From: the human T2T-CHM13v2.0 reference genome, Homo sapiens
Length of the DNA: 64,000 nucleotides
NCBI RefSeq assembly: GCF_009914755.1
Contig: NC_060931.1
Reading direction: 5' to 3' (one strand)
In this document: positions 1-12,400 of the stretch, piece by piece
Layout of the letters: every line of letters begins with the position of its first letter
How positions within the stretch are numbered: the first letter of the stretch is position 1
Made by a program: the position numbers and the translations under genes
Notes under the pieces: model-generated
Database searches by the model: none
Seen by the model: only the letters and a program-made list of their open reading frames with translations
Told to the model about the DNA's origin: nothing

Positions 1-410
1 AGGAGGCAGCTCTCCAATTAATCTCAGAGATGAGACGGCCAAGGCTGAGGAAGTCGTGTCACTTGCCCAAAGTCACACTGGTGAGCGATGGGCCAAGCGC
101 CACACCTGACAGCCTGGCTCTCACCTGAGCAGGGCACCTGCAGGCCCCTATCCTGAGCCTGGAAGCCAGGACCTCGGTGGGAGCTGAGCCTGTCACTCAT
201 CCTCTGCGAGGTGCAGCCTTTTCTCCTTCCTACGGGAGATCAGTGTTTACCAATCCAAAGAAGATGCTGAAATAAAACTCCACAAACTAAGTCAGAAAGT
301 CATTCTATGAAGTGCAGATTCCCTCACAGGTTCTTTATCCTTTCTGACTTCTCACTCCTGAGACACATGGGGCAGATGTGGAAGGACAGGAAATGACTGA
401 GGTGGCAACC

Positions 411-1045
411 TGCAGAGAGATCAGGGAGGTACAGAGAGACCAGGGAGGGGCAGAGAGAGGCCAGGGAGGGGCAGAGAGGCCAGGGAGGGGCAGAGAGAGG
501 CCAGGAAGGGGCAGAGAGAGGCCGGGGAGGGGCAGAGAGAGGCCAAGGAGGGGCAGAGAGAGGCCAAGGAGGGGCAGAGAGAGGCCAGGGAGGGGCAGAG
601 AGAGGCCAGGGAGGGGCACAGAGAGGCCAGGTAGGTGCTGAGAGAGGCCGGGAAGGGGCAGAAAGGCCAGGGAGGGGCAGAGAGAGGCCAGGGAGGGGCA
701 GAGAGGCCAGGGAGGGGCAGAGAGGCCAGGGAGGGGCAGAGAGGCCAGGGAAGGGCAGAGAGAGGCCAGGGAGGGGCAGAGAGAGGCTGGGTAGGGGCAG
801 AGAGGCCGGGGAGGTAGAGAGAGAGGCCGGGGAGGTACAGAGAGAGGCCGGGGAGATGCAGAGAGAGGCCAGGGAGGCACACAGAGGCCAGGGAGGGGCA
901 GAGAGATCAGGGAGGTGCAGAAAGAGGCCAGGGAGGTGCAGAAAGAGGCCAGGGAGGTGCAGAGAGATCAGGGAGGTACAGAGAGAGGCCAGGGAGGTGC
1001 AGAGAGAGGCCATCCAGGGGCAGAGAGGCCAGGGAGGTGCAGAGA
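411..1045. repeat. Purine-rich minisatellite, ~19-21 bp unit (GAGAGGCCAGGGAGGGGCAGA)
   Basis: About 30 degenerate tandem copies seen directly. Confidence 0.95.
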
Positions 1046-1619
1046 AAGGTTGTGGGGGGTGGGAGCACACTCTCGCCCACTTGCAGGATGACGAATACTT
1101 GAAGGCCTCCCTTAGGGCTTCAGTGCTTCTCAGCGACTATTCCAAGCCCCACGAGCCTACATCATCCTCCACTGGGGGATGTGCTGATGCCCCTTTAAAG
1201 GATCAGAACCACACCTGGCCCTACACCTGTGCTGGATGGGCGGCTGAGCTGCTGCCCTGGGTCTGGCTAAAACAGTGCCATGCAGAATTGGCAGGTGGGC
1301 ACCAGGAGCAACTGGAAACACAGAAAGCAAGTCAAGGGAGAAAGGTCAGCACACAGCTGTCGGAGCTGCCTCCTGGCCCCTGAGCATGGGGCATGAACAG
1401 CAGCTGCTCACAGAAGGCTGTCCTCCCAGTGATGAGTCCTCGTGCCTCTCACCCTGGCTCCCTGCTTCCTTTGTTCCCCTCTATGCAGACAGTTGGCTCA
1501 TTGCCTCCTGGAGGGGATGGGGGCAGGAAATGTCTGAAGCACCTAATCCTCACAGCTTTCCCCAAGCAGCAGTGGTGAAGTCCAGCCCGGGTGGGAAGAG
1601 GACTTGCATCCCGGGTCCC

Positions 1620-1833
1620 ACTGCTGCAGGGCAGGGTTAGGACCTGGGGAAGGAGCTGCCCGCTGCTTCTGGAACCGCTGCAGGGCAGGGTTAGGACCTG
1701 AAGGAGCTGCCCGCTGCTTCTGGAACTGCTGCAGGGCAGGGTTAGGACCCGGGGAAGGAGCTGCCCACTGCTTCTGGAGCTGCTGCAGGGCAGGGGTTAG
1801 GACCTGGAGAAGGAGCTGCCCACTGCTTCTGGA
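1620..1833. repeat. Tandem repeat, ~54 bp x 4
   Basis: Unit ctgctgcagggcagggttaggacctggggaaggagctgcccgctgcttctggaa occurs four times. Confidence 0.92.
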
Positions 1834-3843
1834 CAGGGCCCAGGGTCCCGCCTGGCACAGAGACACAGGGCGCCAGTGTGCTGGTCACTGTGATGATGCA
1901 CAGTGCCGGACACACGTGATGATGCCCAGAGGCCACCTGCCTAGCACAGGACAGACAGCCCCCAAACCTCCCACCTGCTGGAAGGATGAGAAATCAAAAG
2001 AGAACACAATGTTTCATTAGAATGGTGACTTATTTCTGGAACACCTGGGTTTGTGGGCAGAAATGATTCCATGTGTGTTCTATGACCCAGCTCTCCTTAC
2101 AGGTCATGGGAGGAGCAGCCATCACATGTGTAGAGTGTTCTGTAGACCACAGAGCACCATGCAGACGCAAGCCTGACTTTCATTTCTTTCTAAGACTCTA
2201 CAGTTATCCCACCAAATTTAGTCTCTGAAGCCTCAGCTTCTGTGGTACGATGCCAGGTGGCTTCACCCCAGCCCTGCTCAGCCCCCAGTCGCATCCACAT
2301 CTCTCTAAGTATTTGCAAAGGATGCCCATTTAATGCCCCAAAGATGAATTCCATGCGGACATTCCATGGGGACCATCTGTCCACAGTTTGTGCATGTCCT
2401 CGCATAGCTCACGTTTTTGTGATCAGTTGAAAAAGCAGAAGCATATTTCCCCTGCATTTCAGATCATCTAGCTGCGACTACTCAAGTGCCCAGACTTGGG
2501 GAAACACCACAAGTTTCCTCACAATAACAAGGTGGTGTCATGCTCCCTGCTTGGGAAAAAGGTGGAATAAGCATTTAACCCAAAGCCAACTGGGAGTTTT
2601 CATTCTCACAGGCAGCAGCAGGATGCTTCCAGGCAGGGCCAGAGCCTCACTGACCTGGGCGCCTGGTGCCCAGATGGCTTCTGTCTGGCAGAGGCTGGAC
2701 TGGATTCTGGTGCTTGCTAATGTGCAAACTACCAGGCTGCTGGGTGCTTTCTGGAAGCCTCAGAACCATGCCATCGACTAGGAAAAGCCAGAGTCCATGC
2801 CAATTCCCTCCAGATCTCCAGGAGAATGGATGCAGCCCAAGCTGCTCAGTAGAAATGCTACTGATTGGAGGGAACAGTTCTTAAAGTTCAGGTTCTCTAA
2901 AGTGACTTAGGTTCTAACTCAGGGGTGGGCAGTGATGGTAATGCAAGCATGGTCCCTACCTTCAGGCTGCTTTGCTGGCAACTTGGGGTGAGAAAGTCAA
3001 AATCTTCCTTTCGGAATCTCCTTCTCCTCTGTCCCAATCTCTTTTCCAAAACTCTGCTTTAAAACACTACAGCATTATTACTTCCCAAAGTCTTTACCCT
3101 TTAACCTCTGTCCAAGATAAAAGTAAATTCTCCATAGTGCTCCAAAGTATTATGCTTTCTGTTTCCAGATGTTTCCTATGTTTTCTATTTTTCTGAATAG
3201 ATTTCTTCACACTATGAAAATCTGAATCACTCATAAAAACAAACAAAACCTTTCTCTCAGGATTCAGCCAAGAGATATTGGCAGCACCGCATACGGAGCA
3301 TGCCCTGGGTGCAGAGGAGGAGCCTGGAAGCCCAGAGAAACTGCAAATTCCAGGCAGCATCAAACCTGTGAGGCGGCAGGGAGGTTGGGGGAGTGGGTTC
3401 GATAAACTAGGTGTGTCCTGGGGCCTCTGCCCTGAGCATGGAGGCTCTGGGTGCCACACTTCCCACTTCCCAGAAACTTCCAGAGTGTACTCTCTGGGGC
3501 TCACAGGCCGACTCAGTGGGAGGAGGGGAGCCTCCTTTAGGGCCCCCTTGCCTCCCCTCCCCTCTCATGCACGTTTCCCGTGCTTTGGTTCCCATTTGGC
3601 TCCTGTCTCCCCTGGTTCTTTCCCTGTAGTTGCCCTGCTCTCTGGGGTTTGGCTGAAGGCAGGTGATGCCCTTCTGCTCCCTAAGACGGGCACTCACCCC
3701 AATATGCCACAGCTGTTCCCTGACCCCCAGGGTAGCAGGAGATGCCTGAAGGAAAGTGATGTTCCCGCTTCTTGGATGGAAAAAATGGACGCTCAGATGC
3801 AAACACCCTGGAGGAGCTCAGGAACTCAACCGACGGACAGTAC

Positions 3844-3951
3844 CTGCTTTGCTGTAAAAATTGCTGAAGACTTTTGGGCAGGGCACCGTGACGGTCTCTC
3901 CCACATTGGCAGGCCGCCAGCACGTGATGTTGTCCCAGACGCCACTGCAGG
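3844..3951 (-). CDS. VIPR2: VIPR2 coding exon 3 ((A)[35 protein letters not shown](G))
   Basis: 108 nt, phase 1-1; class B GPCR hormone-binding motif CxxxWDxxxCW...CP; acceptor ctccttccag|CC and donor GCAG|gtactg. The gene continues beyond the left edge of the window. Confidence 0.97.
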
Positions 3952-4729
3952 CTGGAAGGAGAGAAGCAGAGTGAGGCAGGTGCAAGGTGACAGAAGTGTC
4001 ACAAATAGAAACCCCATTAATGAGATAACTGCCTCGCAAACTCCTTTCCTGTGAAACACACTTGCACCAACACAATTATTGGGACTATAGTTAGCTTGTG
4101 GGTTCATCTCAATTAGCTTTGGAGGAATAACCATATGGTGGTAGAAAGCATTTGAGTACTTCAATGTATACCATGTACCTTCTGAATTTTAAGAGAATCA
4201 TTACTTACTTCTTGTGATCAGCATTTCCTAGTGTGATGAAATGGGCACCACTGGGTATTAGTGTAAGGCCCCGTCGGGGAGGGAGACGCCCAGGGAAAGT
4301 GTGCTTGTGCTTCTGTGGAATCTGACTTCAATGATTATTTGCAAATAAAAGTATTTGATAATATTTGTTTGATTTTTCACTGTCAAGATGCCTTATTAGC
4401 AACAAAATCTTAGGTTACCTTCACGGAGTTGTCAAATAATTTGCATAATGCATAGCTTAAACATTTTTAGACCTACTATTTGGTCTTAATAACCACCTGG
4501 TGAAGGTTAGATATAAAAATGTTGCATTAATTATCTTCCAGATGAAAAGCACTAAGGTTCAAATCTTTTAATGAATTCTCAATATCACACAACAGTGATG
4601 GAATGCATGTTAAACCCAGGACTTTTTCCTACTTGTCCATGGTATTTATACTATATTTGAGACCTCTAAAATTTTACCTTTTACTTAAACCTCAGTATCA
4701 GAAAAGCAATGTGGTAGCCTTGGTCGGTA

Positions 4730-4764
4730 AAAACAAACAAACAAACAAACAAACAAACAAACAA
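4730..4764. repeat. (AAAC)n microsatellite
   Basis: Seen directly. Confidence 0.9.
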
Positions 4765-5432
4765 TCAGTTTTCCTTTCAGCACATGCCACCCAGACCTGT
4801 GCAATAATTGCAGGAATACATCCATAGAGAACACACAGCTTTGGTGTGAACAAAGGAGTGTTTTACTTTCAAGAATACAGAAATGTCTCTGAAAAGCTGG
4901 CCATAAGCTAAGTTTTGCAGATGAAAATAGTTTCTAAATACTTTCAATAAAAGTGAAAATATATTTATTATAAAATAAAATTACATACCAATACTTGAAT
5001 AAGTACATAAATTCATATTACATTAATGTTAACATATTTAAAGAAAATGTTGGTTTTCTTTTAAAATGTTCAAAACAAGTGATCAAATGTAAATGCATCA
5101 CTAGAAACTCCAGGCGTGAGCCCCCGTGTAAGGCTGCTTAGAGTCTAAGTAGTAGAGTTATTTAAATGCTAAGTTCGTAAACCAAGCACTTCTAACTCTG
5201 GTGTGTAGGGCAGGTGGTGGAGAGGTGTCAGGATGGGGTTCCTAGCCAAGAGTGAACAAGATGGAGAGGAAAGTGAAGATGTCTAGGCCTCCAAGTGAAG
5301 ACTCTGCATGTGATCAGCAAAGTTCTGTCCATCTCCTATAAAACAGCAAGCTCTGGCAGTTTCGTGTCTGGTTATTTTGAAGGTTCAGCTTTTTATCACA
5401 AAATGACAAATTTCTACCTTGATAATAGTAAT

Positions 5433-5727
<295 letters not shown>

Positions 5728-5762
5728 CAATAATTATATAATATTGTTATTTTAAAATAATG

Positions 5763-6060
5763 GGCTGGGTGTAGTGACTCATGTTTGTAATCTCAACACT
5801 TTGGCAGGCTGAGGCGGGATAATCCCTTGAGCCCAAGACTTCAAGACCAGCGTGGGCAACATAGCGAGACCCCATCTCTACAGAAAATATTTAAAAATTC
5901 GCTGGAGGTAACAGAGCATGCCTATAGTCCCAGCTACTAGGGAGGCTGAGGTGGGAGGATCACTTGAGCCTGGGAGGTCGAGGTTGCAGTTAGTAAAGAT
6001 CATGGCACCGCACTCCAGCCCGGGCGACAGAGCGAGACCTCGTCTCAATAAATAAACAAT
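5763..6060 (+). mobile_element. Alu (AluJ-type)
   Basis: Dimeric Alu with J-like features (ggaggatcacttgagcctgggaggtcgagg). Confidence 0.9.
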
Positions 6061-6674
6061 AAATAAGATAATGTATAGTAAGATAACTAATACATAATAC
6101 AAATTATAATGCAATAATTATATACTGTATAATACTAATTGCTGCTTTAAATTTCAACAGAGATACTAAATTCATACCACATCAAACAGTCTTTGCATTA
6201 CAGTAGGATTTGATTTAAACATCTAGAGCTAATCATCTGATCCCTTCAATGGCCAGGGAAAGTCTTCTCTTCATTTGTTCCTTTATTGGACCGCACGTGA
6301 GGGAGCAGAGCTAGACGCTGTCAGGATGTGAGGAAGCGGACTCGAGGGCGTCAGGGCGCCGAGGCTGAGGTAGCAGCCGGAAGTGCAGCCGAAGGCGCAG
6401 CCGGAAGCGCTGCCACAGTGCCGGTCGCACACGTGGCACTGGCTGCAACCTCCTGGCAACAGCTGCCAGGCGGGAACACAGGAGTTTCTCTCTCAGCTTC
6501 TCAACCTCACGCAAAGGACAGCCAAAAATTTGAAAGGGCAGCACCAAGAGATGTCACTACAGCCTTGCAGACAGAAGCAACTGTGTTAAATAGGCAGGCA
6601 GAGGAGGGGGAGAAGCGAGAGACAGGCCATCGGTACCCCCGGCACCGGCAAGGGTGGAGGACGCTGCAGGGAAC

Positions 6675-7200
6675 CGACGGGACCCGGCCGAGAGCCCCGA
6701 CTGTGAGGAGGCGGCTCACGGCGCCTACCTGGGACCGACCCTGACTGTGAGGAGGAGGCTCACGGCGCCTGCCTGGGACCGACCCTGACTGTGAGGAGGA
6801 GACTCACGGCGCCTACCTGGGACCGACCCTGACTGTGAGGAGGAGGCTCACGGCGCCTGCCTGGGACGGGACCCGGCTGAGAGCCCCGACTGTGAAGAGG
6901 AGACTCACGGCGCCTACCTGGGACCGACCCTGACTGTGAGAAGGAGGCTCATGGCGCCTGCCTGGGACGGGACCCGGCTGAGAGCCCCGACTGTGAAGAG
7001 GAGGCTCACGGCGCCTACCTGGGACCGACCCTGACTGTGAGGAGGAGACTCACGGGACCTACTTGGGACCGGATCCTGACCGTGAGGAGGAGGCTCATGG
7101 CGCCTTCCTGGGGCCAGATCCCCAACCGAGGACCCCGACTGTGTGAGCAGGAGGCTCACAATGCCTGCCTGGGGCCAGACCCCAGCTCAAGGATCCCGAC
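6675..7200. repeat. CpG-rich minisatellite, mixed ~44/60 bp units (gactgtgaggaggaggctcacggcgcctacctgggaccgaccct)
   Basis: About 10 related tandem units. Confidence 0.9.
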
Positions 7201-7240
7201 TTGGCAAGGAGGGGGAATCCAGAAGGAGTGGCTCTAGGAG

Positions 7241-7718
7241 TGAGAGAAGAGAGACAGACCCTCTCATATTGTTTTAGATTGTTTTATACTCAGAAAAGGA
7301 AACAGAAGCGAAACTAAAGGCAGGTAGCCCAGCGCCTAGGAACCAGACCCGACACCAGGCCTGGACCTGCCTGACCTAAGCCTGGTAGTTAAAATTTGAC
7401 CCCTGACCTAGCAACTGATGTTATCTATAGATTGCAGACATTGTATAGAAAGACATTGTGAAACTTCCCGGTCTGTTCTGTTTCACTCTGACCACCCGTG
7501 CATGCAGCCCCTGTCACATACCCCCTGGCTTGCTCAATCAATCACGACCCTTTCATGTGAAACCCTTAGCGTTGTGAGCCCTTAAAAGGGACAAAAATTG
7601 TGCACCTGACAAGCTCGGATTTTAAGACGCTAGTCTGCCAATGCTTCCAGCTGATTAAAGCCACTCCCTTCACCATCTCGGTGTCTGAGGGGTTTTGTCT
7701 GCAGCTCGTCCTGCTACA
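7241..7718 (+). mobile_element. Solo ERV1 LTR (LTR15-like)
   Basis: TG...CA termini; ends ggtgtctgaggggttttgtctgcagctcgtcctgctaca, typical of the LTR2/LTR15 group; near-TSD ggag/agag. Confidence 0.8.
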
Positions 7719-8839
7719 AGAGAAAAAATGGAACCCTGAGACCACCTCAGTGCAGTGTCTTGAGAGTGTTCTGGCCTGAGGTTTGATGCCTAATTATTGA
7801 GAGGTAGGTGAAAAACCCAGCAACAGAAAAACGAGGAAAAGCATAAAGTTATGAAGAAAGGAAATGCTGGATATTATGTGGCTCAACTGTGATGGCAATG
7901 ATGTACACCAGCAATGTGAAGTGAGTCTATCAGGAGGCTGGCAGGATGATAAATTATACTTGGGTGGTGGGAATGGCACAGGAGAGATAGATCTTTATTC
8001 TTGTTAGAAATCTAATGGACACTGGGATGTAAATTGGGAGGAAGAAAGAAAAGAAACAGGAGCATAAGTATGCTGTTTAGAAATAAAATAAATACCAGAG
8101 AAGAGATGAAAGAGATGCTGCCATAGGGCTGAGAACTGGGGATGACGAGGGGCCGGAGACTATTATCTTCATACAGCCTTGTAGTATCATTTGCCTTTTA
8201 CAATTTTATAAATGCACTCTGTTGAAAACTAGCATTTAAAGTGTATCATTATATTAAGATACCCATTTTTAAATGTTTACATTTTTAAGGAACATTGTGC
8301 AGGCCAAAGCAAAATAGTGCATGAATAGGTCATCAGTTCAGTGTTGGACATAAGTGATTCAAATTTGGCACAGTGAACCCTTTGGGAGAGGCAGCGAATT
8401 TGGGAGAGGCAGCAAGTCCTTCTGTAGGAGTGTGCGCCGAGGCACAGGACGGCATGGGAGGAGAAGGGGAGGCAGGCAGGGCCACCCCCGAGAGAAGCAC
8501 AGCCACTTGGAGACGCCTGTCTGTTTGGAAAGCAGTGGGCAGCTGAGATTTCATGAAACAAAGGATTTGCAGATGGAGTGAGAAACAAACAAAAGTGCTC
8601 GGATAAGGCAGTCAGGGAAATGGGACTTGTTAAGCTCTGGTGGCAACCTAGGTTTTCCAGATGGTGATCATAAAATCAAAGGTCGCTCTGAAAAGTGGAA
8701 AATGTATCAATAGACTCTGAAAAGTTACTTGGTAAAATTCAGTGGCCATTTCTAATTTTTTAAAACCCTAAATAAAATAGTAAAATAATGAGACTCCCTT
8801 AACATCACAGAGAATATTTGTTAAAAATAGCAAGCATTA

Positions 8840-9066
8840 AGCCAGGCACTGTGGTAAGTACCTGCAGTCCCAGCCACCCAGGAGGCTGAGGTAGGAGGAT
8901 TGCTTGAGCCCAGGAGCTTGAGTCAAGCCCGGGTGACTGAGTGAGGCCCTGTCTCAAAGAAAAAAAAGAGGAAAGAAAGAATAGAAAGAAAGAGAGAGAG
9001 GGAGAGAGAAAGGAAGGAAGAAGGGAGGGAGGGAGGGAGCGGGGAGGGAAGAAAAAGAGAAAGAGC
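8840..9066 (+). mobile_element. Old Alu monomer fragment followed by a GA-rich tail
   Basis: cctgcagtcccagcc...ggaggctgaggtaggaggattgcttgagcccagg, then a purine tract. Confidence 0.75.
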
Positions 9067-9223
9067 AAGTATTAGACATGTTTAAACAGAATTGTACAAC
9101 TGAGGAGCCAGGTTGGGTACCTGCAATTCATTATTATTCAACAATGTGTCATAAGTTTCAGCTAAAACAGCAGATGAAAGAAGAACTAAGAGGTATAAAT
9201 TGGTAAAAAGTAGAGAAAAAACC

Positions 9224-9425
9224 CTAGAACTGTACTTTCTATATGGCAACCACTAGCCTCACATGGCCATTTAAATGAAAGCTAATTAAAAGGAGATGCA
9301 GTTAAAGGTTTGGTTCCTCAGTTGCAGCCGCCGCATTTGAATGCTCCGCAGTGGAACTTGGCTGGTAGCCATCACACCAGCATTTCCACTACCATGGGAA
9401 ATTCTACTCGACAGCACTGTCTAGG
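9224..9425. mobile_element. hAT-Charlie DNA transposon fossil (MER3-like)
   Basis: Resembles the MER3 consensus (atatggcaaccactagcc.cacatggcca...cagcactgtctag). Confidence 0.55.
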
Positions 9426-12400
9426 GTCAGAGTTAGACAAATGCAACATAAACCCAGCAAACCTGTCTCACAAATCAAGAAGCAAAAAGAGAGAGAAAAG
9501 AGCAATGAAACCCTTTGGCTCGCACACCGAGGCAGAAGCTCAGAGGAGCCGCTTCTCTGGGTCATTGCTCTTTGGCTAAAATGTCCCATGTAAATAATCC
9601 AAAATACCTTTGAATCAATATAAATGATAAAGTTGTTTCACTTATCACCCCAATCTTCCTCTTTCAAAACTTGGCAGAGGGGTAGAGAAGGAGCCTCCTC
9701 TGATCTCAGCAGCCTCTCACCCAAAGTCATGGTCAGGGCTTGGCAGGCAAGCCTGGCTGAAACAGGACTTCAATCTGTCTGCTTTGGACATCTCACCTTA
9801 ATTAGAACACAGCAAGGTGTGTCACCACTAGTGCTTAGAATGTGTCACCAAAGCCCCTGAGCTCAGGCTTGCTGGCTGGGTCGTCCCTTGGCCTTTTCAG
9901 ATCACGCCCCTGACGTGCTGCCTGCAGCCTCCAAGGTCAGGGTGCTGGGAATGGAGGAACTCAGGCTGGCAAAGCTGGTGTCCGAGCTGCCCCACGCCCT
10001 CTAGCTGCCCTTCTCACCTCTGATTCCGTTGCTGCTTCTAGTCTTTCCTAAGCACTCAAGTCAGCTTCCTGGGGCCACGTGCTTCCTTTCATATACCAGC
10101 TTAGGCTGCGTTTAGCTAAGTAGTCAGGCAGCAGGTGTGTGAGGCATCGATTTGTTTGTGAACAGCAAGGTCTCCCAGGGCTGCTGTGAGCTCCACCCAT
10201 TGGACATGGGGTCTTGTCCCCACCCTGCTATGTGGCCCCGTGACCTGTGCTGACCCCTCGGACTGACAGGCTCTTCCTTCTGGAAGGTGGTCATCACGGA
10301 AGGGCTGGAGCAGTTGGTGGGAGCCCTGGTCGGAAAGGCTGCAGGGAGAAGGCTTAGGCACCTGCTGAATGTAGGAAAGGAACAGCTTGGGTGACGTGGG
10401 CAGAACCTTTTGGGCCAACCTCAGAGCCTTGGGAGGAGCCAACTACTAATTTTGAAGCCAAGTTTCAGGAGATTTGTGCCATAGCCACACATAACCAGGA
10501 GCAAATCTTCCTGGGAAGCAAACAGCTGGCAGAGCAGAGTCACATGGGCCCTCCAGAGGGCACTGCAGTGGGTTGGCACCGGCATGGTCAGTGCCCGCAT
10601 GGTCAGTGCATTTGGGAAAGCAAGTGGGCAGAGTGGGCAGTGACCGGTGGTCAGTCACAGGGGCTGGTCAGGGGGCTGGAAGCTTCCAGGCAATGAGTGA
10701 CTTTTCAATGTAGACTGGCAGTGGTGGCTTCCTAATTTTTGCTTGAAAATCAGCTTAGTCTCCTGAAAAAGACACTGTAGACTAAGTCGTTCAGAAAAAC
10801 GGACCCTGTGATGGTGCAGCCTTCCGACATTTCTGAGGCTTCACAGCATTTTCAACGGAATACACAGGGTTTGGGAAAGGCTGCTGCTTGAACAAGTTCT
10901 TACCGTATGCTGGGAATTCCTCCAGGTGGAATTCTGAGGAACACAGCAGTAACTCAATTATGTGACACCTTCCAGCCAAAGGGGAGTGCGCACAGAGTGG
11001 GGAGGAACCTACAGGAACCTGCAATCCTACCGTATAAAAGACGCTGCCTTCTGTCCAGAGACTCCCTAGGAAGTCCTGGCTCTTACAGATGACGTTATAG
11101 GTGTTACTTTGAGCTCTGGATTTGGATTTATTTTCTCATTATTTCAATGTCAATGACATAAACATCAATTAAATTTCAAGAGACTCTTACGACATGCTCC
11201 CCCTTATCTAGGAAATGACTTTTACATATACTCCATTTTGTCCTCCCAGCAACTCCCTGAAGAAGGCGAGAGCCCCTGTCCTCACACTGGGGAGGAGACC
11301 AGGTTCACAGAGGGGAGGAAACACACTCTGACCACAGGACGGAGTGCGGGAGCCAGCCGAGCAGTCGGGCTTCTGGGTCACTGCCCTTTCCCTAGAAGGT
11401 CCCTTGCCATCTCAGACTGCATGGGACTTGCTTTATCACCAGTGTATACCACACACGAGGCTTCCTGTGACTTAATTTCTCAATGATTTTGTAATTATAA
11501 AAGCACTGGTCATGGAGCCAATGGGTAGGTATGTGGGTCCAGGATCCTCTTTAAACCTCCGGCGTGAATGAGGATGAATCCCTTTGTATGGCCTGTGAAC
11601 AGACAGGATAACAGTGAGCACATGAAACATAGTGCCGCACCACACAAAGGCAATGCAGGACGTCATCTCAGAGGTGGGGCTGCACCTGCTGACCTGAGTC
11701 ATGGACACAGATGGGTGCAACTCCAGTTGTCACCTGCACCATGCTTGCCACGCAGCTCATGCTCTCTTTGGACAATGGGCAGCTCTGGGAGGTGGTGCCC
11801 TAGATCTTCCCATGGTTCCCCCACACCCTCCTTCCATCTTCAGAGTCACCTGCCCCTACCCCACATGCAACTCCACAGAGAGTGGCAGCTGAGGGTGGGT
11901 GGCCCAGGAGGCCCGAGTCATGGGAAGCCACCCTGCTGCTGTCATCAGTGACCAAGTGTCAGCAGGACTTGGAGGAGGGGCATGAGGGCTGAAGCTGCTT
12001 CATCCAGACAGGGCTGGGGAACAGCTCTAGGAACCAGCGAGTGGGAAAAGGAAAGCTGAGAAGCAAAGCCTCCTGAGACTGGCCATCGGCTCGGATGACA
12101 GCTTGCCTCCAACGCATTTAGAAGCAAATATTTCCAATCGCATCCTCCACTCAAGAAAGCTTGACTTATGTCTCAAGTGACAACAACAAAGCTTCCTCCA
12201 GAATCTGGGCAGAGCAGGAAGTCCCAGCTGGTTCTCACGGGGAGCTCAGAGAGGCCGGGGGCGTCCCAGTCATCGAATACTCCCCTTGCACAGCAAATAA
12301 CGGGCTGAAGGATGAGCCACTCTCTTCCTGCTGGGGGGCTGCTGAAGCCCCTGTGACCACTCCTTCCGAAGGTGGGTGTTTAAATACCTTCCCAGCCGCA

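Noticed and set aside
324-1383. Pro/Leu/Ser-rich and Arg/Gly-rich ORFs
   Set aside because: Translations of the purine-rich minisatellite
3278-4054. 258-aa plus-strand ORF antisense to exon 3
   Set aside because: Non-ATG start, no recognisable domain; consistent with chance in GC-rich DNA
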